From a virus (lineage: Duplodnaviria; Caudoviricetes), in the IMG/VR virus record IMGVR_UViG_3300031509_000052, positions 1 to 58,326 of that record: a stretch of 58,326 bases of DNA, one strand, 5' to 3'. A program made the position numbers and the translations under genes. This document shows positions 48,236 to 55,971 of this stretch, one piece after another (within the stretch, counting starts at the first letter, position 1; each line of letters starts with the position of its first letter). The notes beneath the pieces were generated by a model that saw nothing but the letters and a program-made list of their open reading frames with translations, ran no database searches and had not been told where the DNA came from.

Positions 48236-48898
48236 CTATGCGGGAAGGTCGCCGCCGACCTGCCCGCGCACCCCGTAGTACTCGCAGAGCACATCGAGGA
48301 GCGCTTCCGGGTCGATGTGGACCACCTCGCGAATATCGCATGGCAGGTTCATCGAGCGCGCACAGTAGGTCGGCATCGCCGGCAGCGACGTCGACACGTG
48401 AGCGACGCGCGGCGGAACCCAGATGTACTCGAGCCGCGCCGCCGAGGCCCTCCAGCCGTACTCGCCTTCGAGGACGACGCCCCACGCGCGCACGGCAGCG
48501 AGGACCTCGAGGCTGCAGTACATGTACCCGCTGAGGCTCTCTGAGAGGCGGTCGAACGGTGCGGCATCCGCCACCAAGTAGCGGTCTGCCTTGAGCTTGG
48601 CGACCGTCTTGTACCCCCACACACCGCAGGTGTGCTCGCCGTACTTCAAATGGTCGATGCACATCTGCCGCGTGTCGGAGGATTGGTTCTTGCGCTTGAC
48701 GACGTAGCCGTTGCGCAGTGCGGTGAGGGCATCGTCGTAGCGCGCCTTTTCACCGCCGCAGCGGCCGATCAGGTCCCGGCCCTCCCACTCGTTGCCGTAC
48801 GCGCCGGTCAGGACGACCTTATCTGCGTAGACGGTGGGATGAAAGACGCGGTACATGATGATCTGCTCGCTGCTCTGGACAACCGGGAGGAGCGGCAT
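48236..48898 (-). CDS. Conserved hypothetical Cys/His protein (paralog B)
   Basis: HTCGVWGY..AWGVVLEGEYGWRASAARL; ggaggagg SD. Confidence 0.6.
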   Translation of the reverse strand: MPLLPVVQSSEQIIMYRVFHPTVYADKVVLTGAYGNEWEGRDLIGRCGGEKARYDDALTALRNGYVVKRKNQSSDTRQMCIDHLKYGEHTCGVWGYKTVAKLKADRYLVADAAPFDRLSESLSGYMYCSLEVLAAVRAWGVVLEGEYGWRASAARLEYIWVPPRVAHVSTSLPAMPTYCARSMNLPCDIREVVHIDPEALLDVLCEYYGVRGQVGGDLPA

Positions 48899-48918
48899 GG
48901 TACTGATCCTCCTCCTCC

Positions 48919-49077
48919 CTAGTTCCGGCCGCGCCGGACAGGAACGGGAACAAGCTCCCGTTCCTCATCCGGCACAACCGCGGGCTCCGGTGCTGGAGCA
49001 GGCGCGGGAGTGATCACCGGAGCCTCGACGGGCTTCGGGACCACGACGACGCGCAGCGGCCTGCCGATATCGCCCAT
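48919..49077 (-). CDS. 52-aa Pro-rich peptide (not in ORF track)
   Basis: MGDIGRPLRVVVVPKPVEAPVITPAPAPAPEP..; ggaggtg SD; fills the gap exactly. Confidence 0.65.
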   Translation of the reverse strand: MGDIGRPLRVVVVPKPVEAPVITPAPAPAPEPAVVPDEERELVPVPVRRGRN

Positions 49078-49086
49078 GGCTTTTCT

Positions 49087-49506
49087 CTACACCTCCAGTA
49101 TGAACTCGTGTGCGGGTGCGGTACGGACAGTAGCAAACTGTCCGTAGTGGACAAGGTCCAGAGGGGAGCGTTCCGGCACGACGATGTGCCGGATCTCCAC
49201 CTCTGCAGCGCGGAAGCCGCGCTCACTGAGCACGACGTGTGTGCCGGGCACAGCGGCGACCCGCACAAGGGCGAGCCGCCGCTGCACGAATGCCGCGCGG
49301 CGGAATGCGTCCATCTTCGTGAAGTAGACGTAGATCCCGCACGTGCAGGACTCGACCGGCGCATCGTGCGACGGGTTTACGAGGCACCGCGCTTTCTGGC
49401 GCGGTGTGTCCCAGACCTCGTCTGTCGTGAAGGCGCGGAGCCTGCCGTCATCGCCGACAAGCATCCCGCGCCAGCCGAACGTGATGAGCACGTCAGCAGT
49501 AGTCAA
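49087..49506 (-). CDS. Conserved hypothetical Cys/His protein (paralog A)
   Basis: GWR..ARC..HDAP..CTCGIY..VVLSERGFRAAEVEI; TTG start with ggagg SD. Confidence 0.6.
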   Translation of the reverse strand: MTTADVLITFGWRGMLVGDDGRLRAFTTDEVWDTPRQKARCLVNPSHDAPVESCTCGIYVYFTKMDAFRRAAFVQRRLALVRVAAVPGTHVVLSERGFRAAEVEIRHIVVPERSPLDLVHYGQFATVRTAPAHEFILEV

Positions 49507-50704
49507 CCTTGCCCTCCGCAGCGAGGAGCGCGACGTGCATGCCTTTCGGCGTGAGTTCGCGCCCGCGATCCGTGCGAGCAATGAAGCCGAGCCGAACAAG
49601 GTTCGGCTCATAGACGCGCTCGATCGTTTCCACCGACTCACCAAGGCTTGCAGCAATGGCACGGACACCGACCGCCTTCCTGCTTGAGAACATGACGCGC
49701 TTGTAGATCGCAAGGAGGATCTCACGTTCGAACCGCGTGAGCCCGTACTTGTCGATCTGCATGGCGCGCATCGCCATGTCCACGATATCAGGCCGGAGCG
49801 GCGCGCTGGAGACGTCGAACGGCACGGTGTCGTCCTCCGGGTCAGGCATCTCAGCCACCGCGAAGTCGAAGACTCGCTTGAGCAGCTGGTTCGCCTGCCG
49901 CGGAACGCCTTTCGCACGCGCAGCGATCATCTCCAGCGCCTGCTGGGCGGGCGACTTTACCTCGATCGGCTCACCATCCGGGCCGCTGACGATGCCTGGA
50001 GCGAAGAGCCCGTCAACGTAGTTGTCGTACTCTTCCGACTCCAGCTCCCAGAGGATCCGGAAGGATCGCCGCAGCATCTTCGTGATGTCTTCGTCGCTGT
50101 AGTACTCGAGGTGATACTTCAGCGGGAAGCGGTCGAGGAAGGCCCGCGGCAGGATGGCCGGGTCCGTTGTCGCGCCGACAACGGTGAACCGCGGGACGAC
50201 ATGATCGACGAAGCGGAAATCCTCGAGGAGCGGGAGGAGCACCGTGATGGCGTCCTTCGGCAGCCCGTGGATTTCGTCGATCATGATGATCACCTGCGTC
50301 GGCGGGGTTTCAGCGGCTGCGTTGATGACCGCGGCAACGTGTGAGATGACACGTTCCTTGGACATCGACGGGCCGGTGTCGACAATGAGCGCATGGCCCA
50401 TCTCCGCCGCAAGCACCGACGCGATCGTGGTCTTGCCGAGACCGGGAGGCCCGGTCAGGAGGATGTGATCGAGCGGCACGCCGCGGCGCTGGGCCGCGCG
50501 CATGTAGGTGCGGAGCGTGCGCTTGATCTCATCCTGACCGACCACGTCATCGAGACGGCGCGGCCGCAGGGAATCATCGTGGACGTCGTCCAGTTCGCCG
50601 TGGTAGAGCGTCGAGACAGTCAGCAGGGCCCCATCAACAGGGGACCCAATGCTGCTGCTGCTATCAGAGTCGTCGGCCGAAAGCCGGGACAGGATATTCG
50701 TCAT
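49493..50704 (-). CDS. ruvB: RuvB-like Holliday junction branch-migration ATPase
   Basis: LRPRRLDDVVGQ, LDHILLTGPPGLGKTT, IDEIH, FTVVGATT, DRF, GVPR, YEPNL..RTDRGR. Confidence 0.88.
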   Translation of the reverse strand: MTNILSRLSADDSDSSSSIGSPVDGALLTVSTLYHGELDDVHDDSLRPRRLDDVVGQDEIKRTLRTYMRAAQRRGVPLDHILLTGPPGLGKTTIASVLAAEMGHALIVDTGPSMSKERVISHVAAVINAAAETPPTQVIIMIDEIHGLPKDAITVLLPLLEDFRFVDHVVPRFTVVGATTDPAILPRAFLDRFPLKYHLEYYSDEDITKMLRRSFRILWELESEEYDNYVDGLFAPGIVSGPDGEPIEVKSPAQQALEMIAARAKGVPRQANQLLKRVFDFAVAEMPDPEDDTVPFDVSSAPLRPDIVDMAMRAMQIDKYGLTRFEREILLAIYKRVMFSSRKAVGVRAIAASLGESVETIERVYEPNLVRLGFIARTDRGRELTPKGMHVALLAAEGKVDYC

Positions 50705-51507
50705 GCCTCTTCCTCCGTGTAGGTGATGCCGAAGATGCGCTGCGCAACAACAGCGCCGCTCCAGTTCGAACCCGCGAGCCGCCGCCGTTCGAGCACTTCG
50801 AACTCGTCCGGGGCGTTCTCCTGAATCAGCGCGCGCCACGACGGATACGTGGAGCCGTGCCGCACACCGACTGTTGCACCGATGAGGTGCGCGTACTCAG
50901 CGGCGGCGCCGGTGATCACGTAGCGCGTCGGGCGGCGGCCGCGCGTTGCAGACGGGCTGCGGCGCTGCCGCCGCGTGTTGTGCGCGGCTGATGCCTTGAA
51001 GCGGATGCTGGACTCGGACTCGGCCACGACTTCGATCTGCGTCGAATAGCCGAGTGCTGTGATCTCAGCAACACGCTCCGCGGCGAGGTTCTCGATCGCA
51101 TCAGCGATCTGCGACTGGAGGCTGGCGTTCTTGCGCAGCCGCTCGGCATCTGCGCGCAGCCGCTCGACTGTTGCCGCCAGTTCAGGCGGCCGGAAGAGCA
51201 GCAGGCGCTGACCCGGTGAAAGCGGCGGCACGTCGGTCAGCTCGATTGCCTCGCGATCTGCGAGAAGCTGACCAACCAGCGATTCCTGTTCCGCGGCATC
51301 GAGACGATCGCGAAGCCGCTCGAGTTTGAGGATTTTCCCGCTGAGCGCCTTTACATGCTGGCGGAAGATCACCAGCGCTTGGCTTTGCGGGTCCTGTTCT
51401 TCGAGCGACTTCACCGACTCCGTCAACGACGCGAGCGCGGCCTTTGCTTCGGACAGTTGCTTCTCCACTTCTGCCCGGAGCAGGGGGGTCGATTCCCCCG
51501 GTTTCAT
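50701..51507 (-). CDS. Coiled-coil hypothetical protein
   Basis: aaggaggtga SD; heptad-rich N-terminus, basic C-terminal domain. Confidence 0.6.
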   Translation of the reverse strand: MKPGESTPLLRAEVEKQLSEAKAALASLTESVKSLEEQDPQSQALVIFRQHVKALSGKILKLERLRDRLDAAEQESLVGQLLADREAIELTDVPPLSPGQRLLLFRPPELAATVERLRADAERLRKNASLQSQIADAIENLAAERVAEITALGYSTQIEVVAESESSIRFKASAAHNTRRQRRSPSATRGRRPTRYVITGAAAEYAHLIGATVGVRHGSTYPSWRALIQENAPDEFEVLERRRLAGSNWSGAVVAQRIFGITYTEEEA

Positions 51508-51529
51508 GGGTCTCACCTCCTTGCGCCAG

Positions 51530-51603
51530 TTGCGCACACCGTACGAGGAGTAGATTGTACTCCATGTACGGTGTGCGCAAGCATGCCAATGAGGCATGCT
51601 TGC
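51530..51603. repeat. Two overlapping inverted repeats
   Basis: ttgcgcacaccgtac/gtacggtgtgcgcaa (15 bp, inner ggagta/tactcc) and gcaagcatgcc/ggcatgcttgc (11 bp). Confidence 0.8.
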
Positions 51604-51624
51604 AACAACGGAGGGTGGTGTACT

Positions 51625-52578
51625 TTACAGGAAGTGCACGACGAGGTTGCGGATGTTGCTGAGCAGCATAGGGGTTACCTCTGTGCCGCCGATCGAATCC
51701 ACAACCGTGCAGCGGAGCCCCAAGCGGGGCGCGGCGATGATCGTGCCGAGTTTGCGCGGGTCGCCGGTGTACCGCGGCCCCGGCCATCTGCTCGACCATT
51801 GCGAGTAGTACGTGATCCACTCGCCGGGGTGCAGAGGATCGGGAGTGAAGACGCGGATCACCGGGCTGTTGTCGACAGCGTACGCTGCGATCTGTACGAC
51901 GTACTCGAGCGGCGCGCCCACTCCGACGGCATGGTGGATCACGCCGGTCTCCGAATTGCGCACCGTGAGGATGTCGCCAGTGACCAGCGGGTACTCCATG
52001 CCGCCGCGGCGGATGGCGAGGAAGTCTGCGGTTCGTTCCGCTTCGCCGTAGGCGAGACCGCACATGAGCGGCCTATCGCCGTCGAGCACCACGTCGAAGA
52101 TGCGCTTGTAGCGCACATCGTCGAGGATCGACGGCGACTCCGGAAGCGACTCAGCGAACGGGATCGGGAGTTCGAGCCGCACGATTTCCAGCTTGTAGAC
52201 TGGACCATCGTCGGTCTCGAACTCGTCGGCCCACATGATCGCGCGGCCCCCCTTGTACGGCACGATGTGCTCGGTGTCCGCAGCGAGCGGCTCCGTCCGC
52301 CAGTAGGTGCCCGGCCGGGAAAGATCAACCTCTTCAGCAGAGATGACCCACGGCTGCGCCTCTACAACGTGCGGCCTCGGCCCCTGCACGTACAGGTAGG
52401 AGTCTCGGCTAGGGCTGCCGCCATTGTACACGTCGGCATTGCCGAACCACCCCGGCGCCACGTTTGCGGCGTAGTCATCGGCTTCGTCCCATGCGGACTC
52501 GTCGATGTCGACGCCCTGATCCTTCAGCACGACCAATGCGTACCGGCGTGCTGCTTCCCGGTTCTGAAAAACCGGCAT
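51625..52578 (-). CDS. Hypothetical protein
   Basis: aaggaggtga SD directly after hammerhead 1. Confidence 0.65.
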   Translation of the reverse strand: MPVFQNREAARRYALVVLKDQGVDIDESAWDEADDYAANVAPGWFGNADVYNGGSPSRDSYLYVQGPRPHVVEAQPWVISAEEVDLSRPGTYWRTEPLAADTEHIVPYKGGRAIMWADEFETDDGPVYKLEIVRLELPIPFAESLPESPSILDDVRYKRIFDVVLDGDRPLMCGLAYGEAERTADFLAIRRGGMEYPLVTGDILTVRNSETGVIHHAVGVGAPLEYVVQIAAYAVDNSPVIRVFTPDPLHPGEWITYYSQWSSRWPGPRYTGDPRKLGTIIAAPRLGLRCTVVDSIGGTEVTPMLLSNIRNLVVHFL

Positions 52579-52595
52579 CTTGGTACTCACCTCCT

Positions 52596-52664
52596 TGGCC
52601 TGCCATCTTCAGTGCCGGTAGGCCAGCTCCGGCAGACGGGAGCAATCGCTGCTCCCGTTTCGGC
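52596..52664 (-). ncRNA. Hammerhead ribozyme type II (copy 1)
   Basis: GCC GAAA CGGGAGCA-loop-UGCUCCCG UC^ UGCCGG-AGCUGGCCUA-CCGGCA CUGAAGA U GGC AGGCCA; predicted cut after 52635. Confidence 0.9.
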
Positions 52665-52892
52665 TTACTTATCGGCGAGTTTGTTATCGAAGAGTTCGCC
52701 TGCGGCGATCTCACAGGCTGCTTCAAAGAGGAAGTCTTCTTCTTCGCTGAGGTCACACTCAATCAGCTCCCAGAGCTTCTTGAGCAGACGTTCAGCTTCG
52801 GCCTTTTCCTCTTCGGTCAGCGCTTCCCAGGCGGCGTAGGCTTCGGCCCGCGCCGCCTGGTACTCCTGCCACTCGTCTTCGTTCATCATCAC
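52665..52892 (-). CDS. Small acidic protein
   Basis: ~75 aa, 23 D/E vs 7 K/R; aggaggtga SD. Confidence 0.65.
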   Translation of the reverse strand: MMMNEDEWQEYQAARAEAYAAWEALTEEEKAEAERLLKKLWELIECDLSEEEDFLFEAACEIAAGELFDNKLADK

Positions 52893-53287
52893 TACTCTTT
52901 CTCACCTCCTCCTGCGGTTACAGCAGAGAACGCCGGGAGCACCGCGGCTGCGGCTTTTACAAGCTGCGCGTCGCCGAAGAGCACCCACGGTGTGTGTTTG
53001 ACGACGATCAGGCCGCCATAGGCGAAGGCGGGCTCGATCGCGACCGGCGCGAACGGCTCATCGGCGAAGATCGCCGCGAACAGCCGCGTCCAGTCGGGGA
53101 GCGTGTCGGGGCCCTTTACAGTCAGGAACCGCTCGCCGATCGTGATGTGCACAGTGAGGCTGTAGCCAGTCTCATTGACTATCACAGCACCGCGGCGATG
53201 CGCGACTATAACGGGGCTCCCGACCTGCAGCACTTCCGCAGGAGCGGGTGCAGCCGCTTGGGCTGCGGCTGCTACGGGATAAAGCAC
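52892..53287 (-). CDS. Hypothetical protein
   Basis: GTG 53287 after aaggaggtga SD; the longer ORF-track start lies inside the ribozyme. Confidence 0.6.
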   Translation of the reverse strand: MLYPVAAAAQAAAPAPAEVLQVGSPVIVAHRRGAVIVNETGYSLTVHITIGERFLTVKGPDTLPDWTRLFAAIFADEPFAPVAIEPAFAYGGLIVVKHTPWVLFGDAQLVKAAAAVLPAFSAVTAGGGEKE

Positions 53288-53300
53288 GGTGATCACCTCC

Positions 53301-53372
53301 TTGGCCTGCCTATCATCAGTGCATGGCGGCCAACCCATGCAGACAGGGGTTTCCGCCAACCCCTGTTTCGGC
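53301..53372 (-). ncRNA. Hammerhead ribozyme type II (copy 2)
   Basis: GCC GAAA CAGGGGUU-loop-AACCCCUG UC^ UGCAUGG-GUUGGCCG-CCAUGCA CUGAUGA UA GGC AGGCCAA; predicted cut after 53342. Confidence 0.9.
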
Positions 53373-53403
53373 TGTTCGAGGTTTACTTGGGCTCAGCGCC
53401 TGT

Positions 53404-53736
53404 TTACCCGTGGTAGCAGGCGCTGAGCAGCGTCTGCGGCACATACGTGCCGGTGTCTGCGTTCCAGTGAAGGAACGTGACAGGCCGCGGCTCGATAGAA
53501 ACCGCAGCCTCGAGAATCGCGAGTGCGGCCGGCGTAAAGCCGGACACCACTACAGCGAACGGGCCCTCGCGAGGGATGATCCTCCTCGCCATGCGCGTCA
53601 GCTCCGCTGGATTCAGCGGTAGCTCATTCGGGAAAATTGGCGGCCCCACTACAACGGGGCCGATGCCATCGATCGTGATGGTCTGCCCCGGCCGCACGTG
53701 ACGCGCGGTCATCGTGAAAATGGGATGATTTTTCAC
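53404..53736 (-). CDS. Hypothetical protein (possible CARF/SAVED-like fold)
   Basis: VVVSGFTPAALAIL..VTFLHWNADTGTYVPQ; aaggaggtga SD. Confidence 0.55.
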   Translation of the reverse strand: MKNHPIFTMTARHVRPGQTITIDGIGPVVVGPPIFPNELPLNPAELTRMARRIIPREGPFAVVVSGFTPAALAILEAAVSIEPRPVTFLHWNADTGTYVPQTLLSACYHG

Positions 53737-53760
53737 TTCGTCTGTCTCACCTCCTTGTTC

Positions 53761-53830
53761 GGCCTGCCAATCATCAGTGCGCGGAGGCCATCCCGCGCAG
53801 ACAGGGGCTCCGCCCGCCCCTGTTTCGGCA
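53761..53830 (-). ncRNA. Hammerhead ribozyme type II (copy 3)
   Basis: UGCC GAAA CAGGGGC-loop-GCCCCUG UC^ UGCGCGG-GAUGGCCU-CCGCGCA CUGAUGA UU GGCA GGCC; predicted cut after 53800. Confidence 0.9.
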
Positions 53831-53831
53831 G

Positions 53832-54095
53832 TTAGCTTTCGAGAATCGGGAGGAAGAGATCCTCCTTTTCGCCGATGAATACGCGCGCGAGCCGCGCCTC
53901 AGGAGAAAGACCCAGAATGTGCCGAGCAAGCCGTTCGGCCTGCTGGCCCGGGTCTTCCTCGTAACGCCGCCCCTCTACAATGCGCGCGTGGCACACTCCG
54001 ATCGGAGAGTGCGCCGTAACGGCGAGCCGCGGACCTTTGCAGTCCGTGGCTGGAAGATATTTGACCCGTGCGTAGTCGGTATCGTAGTACGGCAC
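53832..54095 (-). CDS. Hypothetical phage protein
   Basis: VKYLPATDCKGPRL; aaaggag SD. Confidence 0.6.
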   Translation of the reverse strand: MPYYDTDYARVKYLPATDCKGPRLAVTAHSPIGVCHARIVEGRRYEEDPGQQAERLARHILGLSPEARLARVFIGEKEDLFLPILES

Positions 54096-54150
54096 CCCTA
54101 AACTCCTTTGATTGTGTGTTGAGCGCTTTACAGTGTCGATCGTAGTTTAT

Positions 54151-54228
54151 GGCGCGGACCCTGCGAGGCGAACCACAGGTTCAGATGTACGGCATGACAC
54201 GCCGCGATGTGCCGCAGGGACCCGCGCC
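54151..54228 (-). ncRNA. Candidate structured RNA (three-way junction)
   Basis: GGCGCGG..CCCUGCG / CGCAGGG..CCGCGCC closing stem enclosing two hairpins. Confidence 0.4.
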
Positions 54229-54235
54229 TTTACAA

Positions 54236-54445
54236 TCACGCGCCGGGTACCTTCCAGTGCCCCGCGCGTCGACCGACAACGCTGGCTTCGACGTACCGCC
54301 GCGCTCCGCAGCGGCACTCTTCGACGTGCACCACGTTGCCGTGGTACATGTCACCGTAGCCCCGTGCGGAGCAATCGATCGCGGCCACGCAGTAGTGCCA
54401 AAGCTGCGTCATCGTCGAAGCGGCACGGTGCCTCTTGTGCAGCAC
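54236..54445 (-). CDS. Small His/Cys-rich protein
   Basis: aaggaggtga SD after hammerhead 4; HxH and CRCG. Confidence 0.55.
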   Translation of the reverse strand: MLHKRHRAASTMTQLWHYCVAAIDCSARGYGDMYHGNVVHVEECRCGARRYVEASVVGRRAGHWKVPGA

Positions 54446-54464
54446 CTTTCACTCACCTCCTTTC

Positions 54465-54538
54465 GGCCTGCCATCATTCAGCACCGGTAGGCCACCTCCG
54501 GTGGACCGCGGGCTGCGTTTACAGCACGCGGTTTCGGC
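54465..54538 (-). ncRNA. Hammerhead ribozyme type II (copy 4, core variant CUGAAUGA)
   Basis: GCC GAAA CCGCG..CGCGG UC^ CACCGG-AGGUGGCCUA-CCGGUG CUGAAUGA U GGC AGGCC; predicted cut after 54504. Confidence 0.8.
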
Positions 54539-55086
54539 TATGCGGGGAGCGTGACGCCGTAGGTTTTCGACACGCTGTTGTAGACGCGAGACTCGAGGAC
54601 TCGCGCCTTTACAACAGTCGCGTAGTCCATGATCGCGTCAAACTGCCGCGGGGAAAGCGGCAGTTTGTACTTGCGATCCTCCTCCGGTGTTTCCATCCAC
54701 TCCACGATCTGATCGCGGAGTGAGCGGCGGAACGGCGAGCGGAACTCCTTTGTCTTCAGGAGATTGACGATCGCCAGCACCGCGGGCATTCCCGCGCGCT
54801 CCTTTACAAGCATGAGCGCGCGCTGCCATGTCTCCGGCCATTCGGCCGGAACAATTGCCCACAGGTAGCGCCAGTCAATCTCGTTACGGCACCACTCTGC
54901 AGGATCCATCCAGTCCGGCAGCACCACGCGCTTTACAAGAAAGCGCGGCGCTTCGTACTGGGTGAAGTCGTCGGGCCCCTGAATGAACGCTTTCTGTTCT
55001 TCGAGGAGCTCAGCATCCTTCGCGGGATCAAACTCCCGCAGAGGCGCCAGCGTGTCGCTCACCTCGCCGTTCCGTTCGAACAGCAC
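54538..55086 (-). CDS. Hypothetical phage protein
   Basis: 182 aa, bounded by hammerheads 5 and 4. Confidence 0.65.
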   Translation of the reverse strand: MLFERNGEVSDTLAPLREFDPAKDAELLEEQKAFIQGPDDFTQYEAPRFLVKRVVLPDWMDPAEWCRNEIDWRYLWAIVPAEWPETWQRALMLVKERAGMPAVLAIVNLLKTKEFRSPFRRSLRDQIVEWMETPEEDRKYKLPLSPRQFDAIMDYATVVKARVLESRVYNSVSKTYGVTLPA

Positions 55087-55125
55087 CTCAACTGTTTTCG
55101 TAGATCACCTCCTGATAGAAATTGC

Positions 55126-55193
55126 GGCTTACCATCATCAGAGCGCATGTTGCCATCATGCGCTGAGCCCGATTCCGTCATCGGGCTTTCGGC
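55126..55193 (-). ncRNA. Hammerhead ribozyme type II (copy 5)
   Basis: GCC GAAA GCCCGAU-loop-AUCGGGC UC^ AGCGCAUG-AUGGCAA-CAUGCGCU CUGAUGA U GGU AAGCC; predicted cut after 55165 (CUC triplet). Confidence 0.85.
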
Positions 55194-55201
55194 TGGTTCC
55201 T

Positions 55202-55858
55202 TTACTTGGAAGCTGCGGCCGCGGCTTCTGCAAGCCGCGCCGCAACTTCACGATCGACACGGAGCGCTGCCGCCCCGTACCGGATGACTGACTCGACGGC
55301 GGCGATCAGTTCGTACCCATAACCGCCGGCGATTTCATTGACGAAATCGCTGAACGGCATGAGCACGTACCGCGCCGTGTCTTCGTCGCTACGCGGGCAC
55401 GCGTACCGCATGGCCGCACTGAGCGCCACACCAACGCCGAGCAGCTGCGGCGACTTCTGCGCCCACGCGACATACACGGGTGTCTGCGGAGCAATCCACC
55501 CGTGGTGTCGCTTGAGCGCGTTTACATGCGGCCTCGCTGCGAAGACCGCGCGCGCGATTGCAACCGCCGGATCTTCCGACGCTACGGTGTGCCGGATTTG
55601 ATACGGTCCCTCCACGTCAGCGACATAGAGGGGACCCTTTTCCGTGCGGACAATGTCGATCCACACCGTCACCTCGCCTTCGTCGTTTTCAACGAAGGCC
55701 CGGTAGCCGGTTGCGACCGGCGCGATGTCGATCAGCGGCCTGTTGTGCTCGCCGTATGCATCGGCGAGCATCTTCATCGCGCTGCGGATGATCTCGTCCA
55801 TGACGAGATCATCACCGCTGCTGATCGTCGTGCTGGGGTTTTCCACCCCCGTGTCCAT
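55202..55858 (-). CDS. Hypothetical protein
   Basis: aaggaggtg SD before ATG 55858. Confidence 0.6.
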   Translation of the reverse strand: MDTGVENPSTTISSGDDLVMDEIIRSAMKMLADAYGEHNRPLIDIAPVATGYRAFVENDEGEVTVWIDIVRTEKGPLYVADVEGPYQIRHTVASEDPAVAIARAVFAARPHVNALKRHHGWIAPQTPVYVAWAQKSPQLLGVGVALSAAMRYACPRSDEDTARYVLMPFSDFVNEIAGGYGYELIAAVESVIRYGAAALRVDREVAARLAEAAAAASK

Positions 55859-55971
55859 TTACTCACACCTCCTTGTGTTTCTTCAGTCAGCGATCGCCGC
55901 GCGTTTACAAACGCGCGCGTCGTGCGATCACTCGTACACACATACGCGGCCGCGTTTACAAACGCGTGGAA

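Noticed and set aside
53288-53359. ORF-track N-terminal extension of the 52892 gene
   Set aside because: It runs through hammerhead 2; the SD supports GTG 53287
52590-55200. Intergenic repeats as a CRISPR array or simple terminators
   Set aside because: Units are separated by whole genes, vary with compensatory pairing and contain the hammerhead core; no cas operon is present
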